Below are positions 61,190 through 64,000 of a stretch of 64,000 nucleotides of DNA, one piece after another (within the stretch, counting starts at the first letter, position 1; every line of letters starts with the position of its first letter). The notes under the pieces are model-generated. The model had not been told where the DNA came from and did no database searches. It saw nothing but the letters and a program-made list of their open reading frames with translations. The stretch lies in IMG/VR virus record IMGVR_UViG_3300025889_000073, positions 1 through 64,000 of that record; one strand, given 5' to 3'. The translations under genes and the position numbers were made by a program. The stretch comes from a virus.

Positions 61190-61971
61190 AAAATCTTTTT
61201 AGGGGAACATCGAAAAATTCTCAAATAGTCATAGTGTCTCAAGTTATATTGGGAACATTATCGGGAATATATTTCTTGTTTACCGGTGCATATAGTTATA
61301 TTTGGTATGCATTTATAATGTTTTTCGTTTTCAATCATTTTTTCCACAACGTAGCACTACATAGATATTTTTCACATAAAGCTTTTAAGACAAACAAATT
61401 TTGGCATATTTTTATGGCCATGTTTTCACCATTAGCTTCTGCGGGTTCTCCTTATGGTTATGCCATGGCACATAGAACTCATCATATGTATTCTGATGGA
61501 GAAAAAGACCCAACGAATTTAAATCAAGGCCTTTTGAACGTGGCTTTTTTTCGATGGAACTTAAAACACGTTCCATTACCAATTATGAGAAGTTTGGGTA
61601 ATGATAAGTGGATTATGTTATCACATAATTACTATGTCGGTATAATTTTACTTTTCTGGTTGACATTGATGATTATTGATGTTAGACTGGCCTTGATGTA
61701 TAATTTGGCCGGCCTGTTTATGTTTTTTGAATATTGTGTTATTAATATTGTCAATCATTCTGGATTGCCTTTTTCTTATCGAAATCACGACACCAAAGAC
61801 AATACAACAAATGATTTATTTACAGGACTATTTTGTGGTGACTGGCACAATAATCATCACAATAAGGCCACCAATTGGAATCAAAGGGAGAACTGGTGGG
61901 AGTTTGATATACCCGCACAAATGATAAAGATGATTAAATATGATGATGCAGATGATAAAGCATATAATTAA
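61186..61971 (+). CDS. Membrane fatty-acid desaturase (paralog of 24969-25760)
   Basis: HRYFSH, HRTHH, HNNHH boxes; WWEFD. Confidence 0.9.
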   Translation: MKNLFRGTSKNSQIVIVSQVILGTLSGIYFLFTGAYSYIWYAFIMFFVFNHFFHNVALHRYFSHKAFKTNKFWHIFMAMFSPLASAGSPYGYAMAHRTHHMYSDGEKDPTNLNQGLLNVAFFRWNLKHVPLPIMRSLGNDKWIMLSHNYYVGIILLFWLTLMIIDVRLALMYNLAGLFMFFEYCVINIVNHSGLPFSYRNHDTKDNTTNDLFTGLFCGDWHNNHHNKATNWNQRENWWEFDIPAQMIKMIKYDDADDKAYN

Positions 61972-62083
61972 TCGAATATATCGCCTTTTGGGTGGTGAAT
62001 ATGTTTGGTGGCAAACTTTAGGATATTTAATCATACACTCATTAATTTTTTATCAAGTTGTGTACTTGGAATATATTAAATGA
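61940..62083 (+). CDS. Small membrane peptide (not in ORF track)
   Basis: About 47 aa, ...YVWWQTLGYLIIHSLIFYQVVY...; ATGA-coupled to the ketosynthase. Confidence 0.45.
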   Translation: MMMQMIKHIINRIYRLLGGEYVWWQTLGYLIIHSLIFYQVVYLEYIK

Positions 62084-63273
62084 ACAGACGAGTTGTTATT
62101 ACTGGTATTGGATGTGTCACACCAATTGGTGTTTCTTATACTGAAGTCAAAGATTCTTTGATGACCGGTAAATCTGGTATCAAATATTATGAAGACATAA
62201 AAGCAAATCTTGGTCGAGTTGAGTTTGATATTGATTCACAAATTGAACCGTTAGACCAAACTATCACAGATAGAATTTCCAGATTTGCATGGTATTCTTA
62301 TTTGAAATGTATAGAAGATGCCAAAGTTACAAGTGAAGATGTTGATGGAATTTTCTTTGGTGTTGGTTTTTGTGGCAGTTATACGATTGAGAACACTTTT
62401 CCAGAATATTTAAAAAATCGCCGGGCAAGACCAAACACTTTAGTTAATATTTGTCCTAATTCTCCTGCTTGTTTCATTGCACTCAAGGAAAAAATTACAG
62501 GCATAAATTTTACATATAATAACGCTTGTGCTTCATCAACTTTAGCTTTGGGTGAAGCATATGAAAAAATTTCAAATGGCCAATGTGATGGTATGATTGT
62601 CGGCGGCACAGAATCCTCCGTTAACGATTATGGCATCACAACGTGGCACGGAATGAGAGCTATATCACCAAAAGATGAAGGTCCAACAGCGTGTAGACCT
62701 TTTTCTAAAGATAGAACTGGTGTTGTTGTGGCTGAAGGTTGTGCTGTTTTTTATTTGGAAGAATATGAAAAAGCTAAAGCTCGTGGCGCTAAAATTTATG
62801 CTGAGATATTTGGATATGGAACATCATGGGGCACAGAGTCTATGACCAAACCTAGTGTCGAAGGTGAAAAGAGGGCTATATTAAAAGCTATAGATAAAAT
62901 ACCACAAGGCAGAAAGGTAACCTTTATATCAGCTCATGGTACAGCTACTCCTACTGGTGATATGGTTGAACTACAAGCTATTAGTGAATGTTTTGGAGAG
63001 GAAGTTGAGGAAATTGCAATCACCTCGACAAAATCTCTACACGGTCATACACTAGGTGCCGCAGGGGCAATTGAAACTTTAGGATGTATTGCCGTTTTAG
63101 AAGAAGATAGAATTATACCAAATTGGCATTTAGGTGAACACGACCCGAATACGCCAGAAAATGTATTCTTACCCACTAAACCTATTGACAAAAAGCAGGA
63201 TTTGTGTTTTAATAACTCATTTGCTTTTGGTGGCAGCAATGCCGTTTTAGTTCTTGGTAAATGTTTGGAGTGA
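62080..63273 (+). CDS. fabF: Beta-ketoacyl-ACP synthase (FabF/FabB family)
   Basis: RRVVITGIG, ACASS (Cys), AHGTAT and GHTLGAAG (His, His), NSFAFGGSNA. Confidence 0.93.
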   Translation: MNRRVVITGIGCVTPIGVSYTEVKDSLMTGKSGIKYYEDIKANLGRVEFDIDSQIEPLDQTITDRISRFAWYSYLKCIEDAKVTSEDVDGIFFGVGFCGSYTIENTFPEYLKNRRARPNTLVNICPNSPACFIALKEKITGINFTYNNACASSTLALGEAYEKISNGQCDGMIVGGTESSVNDYGITTWHGMRAISPKDEGPTACRPFSKDRTGVVVAEGCAVFYLEEYEKAKARGAKIYAEIFGYGTSWGTESMTKPSVEGEKRAILKAIDKIPQGRKVTFISAHGTATPTGDMVELQAISECFGEEVEEIAITSTKSLHGHTLGAAGAIETLGCIAVLEEDRIIPNWHLGEHDPNTPENVFLPTKPIDKKQDLCFNNSFAFGGSNAVLVLGKCLE

Positions 63274-63276
63274 AAA

Positions 63277-63501
63277 ATGCCGTTTTCGGTAAAACCAATT
63301 GAAGAAACTATCACACAGGTAGAACAACAGGTATCAAATATTAACATCGAAAAGTTCACAAATTCGGAAAAATTTGATGTACTTTTTGTCATTATGATTG
63401 TTTTGTTGATGTTTGCTTTTAGTCGTTTTACAGCAGTTATATTTAAACTTATAGGTGCTGTAATTATAGGCCTTGGTGTATATACATTGTTTTTAACATG
63501 A
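63277..63501 (+). CDS. Small two-TM membrane protein
   Basis: Hydrophobic C-terminal half; GGAG SD. Confidence 0.55.
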   Translation: MPFSVKPIEETITQVEQQVSNINIEKFTNSEKFDVLFVIMIVLLMFAFSRFTAVIFKLIGAVIIGLGVYTLFLT

Positions 63502-63608
63502 AAGTCTTAATCAGTAAATATCGTAATCATTGGTTGTCTCCTTATACAAACTACTAAATAACAGACCAGGTAAACTGGTACACACACAAAACACACAAGG
63601 ATAAAACT

Positions 63609-63872
63609 ATGTCAAATTTAACGCCTTTTGAAATTCGACTAGAGTTACTGAAAATGGCTCAAACGATGGTCGAACAAGATTATTATGCAAAACGTGAAGT
63701 CATCGCAAATCAATATGCAACAGATTGTGATGATGCAAAACTCCAGGGTAAACAACCACCTACACATCCTGGATTTCCTCCATACCCATCAGAAGCAGAA
63801 GTCATTGCGAAAGCACAGACTTTGAATACCTTTGTTTCTAATCTTCCTTTAGAATCTAAGAAGAAGCCTTGA
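63609..63872 (+). CDS. Conserved T4-like hypothetical protein
   Basis: TPFEIRLELLKMA...YPSEAEVIAKA..LN.FVS; CTAAATA late-like promoter upstream. Confidence 0.65.
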   Translation: MSNLTPFEIRLELLKMAQTMVEQDYYAKREVIANQYATDCDDAKLQGKQPPTHPGFPPYPSEAEVIAKAQTLNTFVSNLPLESKKKP

Positions 63873-63878
63873 TGAACC

Positions 63879-63903
63879 AGCCGGCCTTGTGCCGGCTTTT
63901 TTA
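63879..63903 (+). terminator. Rho-independent terminator
   Basis: AGCCGGC/GCCGGCT stem followed by a T-tract. Confidence 0.85.
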
Positions 63904-64000
63904 TAGGAAAAACAATGTTAAAATACCTTTCAATATCACTTATTATTGTGATGTCGATGATTATTTTAGAAGAACCAAAAAGTACACAAATAGGAAACTC

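Overview
A 64-kb segment of a large T4-like (Tevenvirinae-like, myovirus) dsDNA phage. It is AT-rich and essentially all genes lie on the + strand. The host is probably a freshwater betaproteobacterium (inferred from IscU, NrdB, AceA and the ANDEVYALAA tmRNA tag). Core genes seen: gp61 primase, ThyX, class Ia ribonucleotide reductase (nrdA, nrdB, thioredoxin), RNase H, a DenV-like glycosylase, a Cas4-like exonuclease, spanins, a GH19 endolysin, head proteins with T4 capsid-targeting and gp21-cleavage motifs, six tRNAs and many sigma70-driven early ORFs. The auxiliary content is unusually rich. (1) A phage-encoded acyl-carrier biosynthetic cassette, AcpS - ACP - membrane desaturase - small membrane peptide - FabF-type ketosynthase (60600-63273), with a paralogous desaturase plus a 2OG-Fe(II) hydroxylase inserted between nrdA and nrdB; this is the strongest candidate for an undescribed system. 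(2) Isocitrate lyase followed by a phasin-like gene. (3) A circularly permuted two-piece tmRNA. (4) ADP-heptose biosynthesis genes. (5) IscU/ErpA next to a glycosyltransferase - radical SAM - methyltransferase cluster. Non-coding or hidden signals include a GC-rich structured RNA candidate at 55852-56028, an overprinted gene with its own Shine-Dalgarno inside the cytidylyltransferase/kinase gene, tandem perfect DnaA boxes, IHF-like sites, two repeated operator motifs at early promoters, a cassette-like array of MNERIKELA ORFs, and a truncated tRNA. All assignments come from motif recognition by eye; no database search was run.
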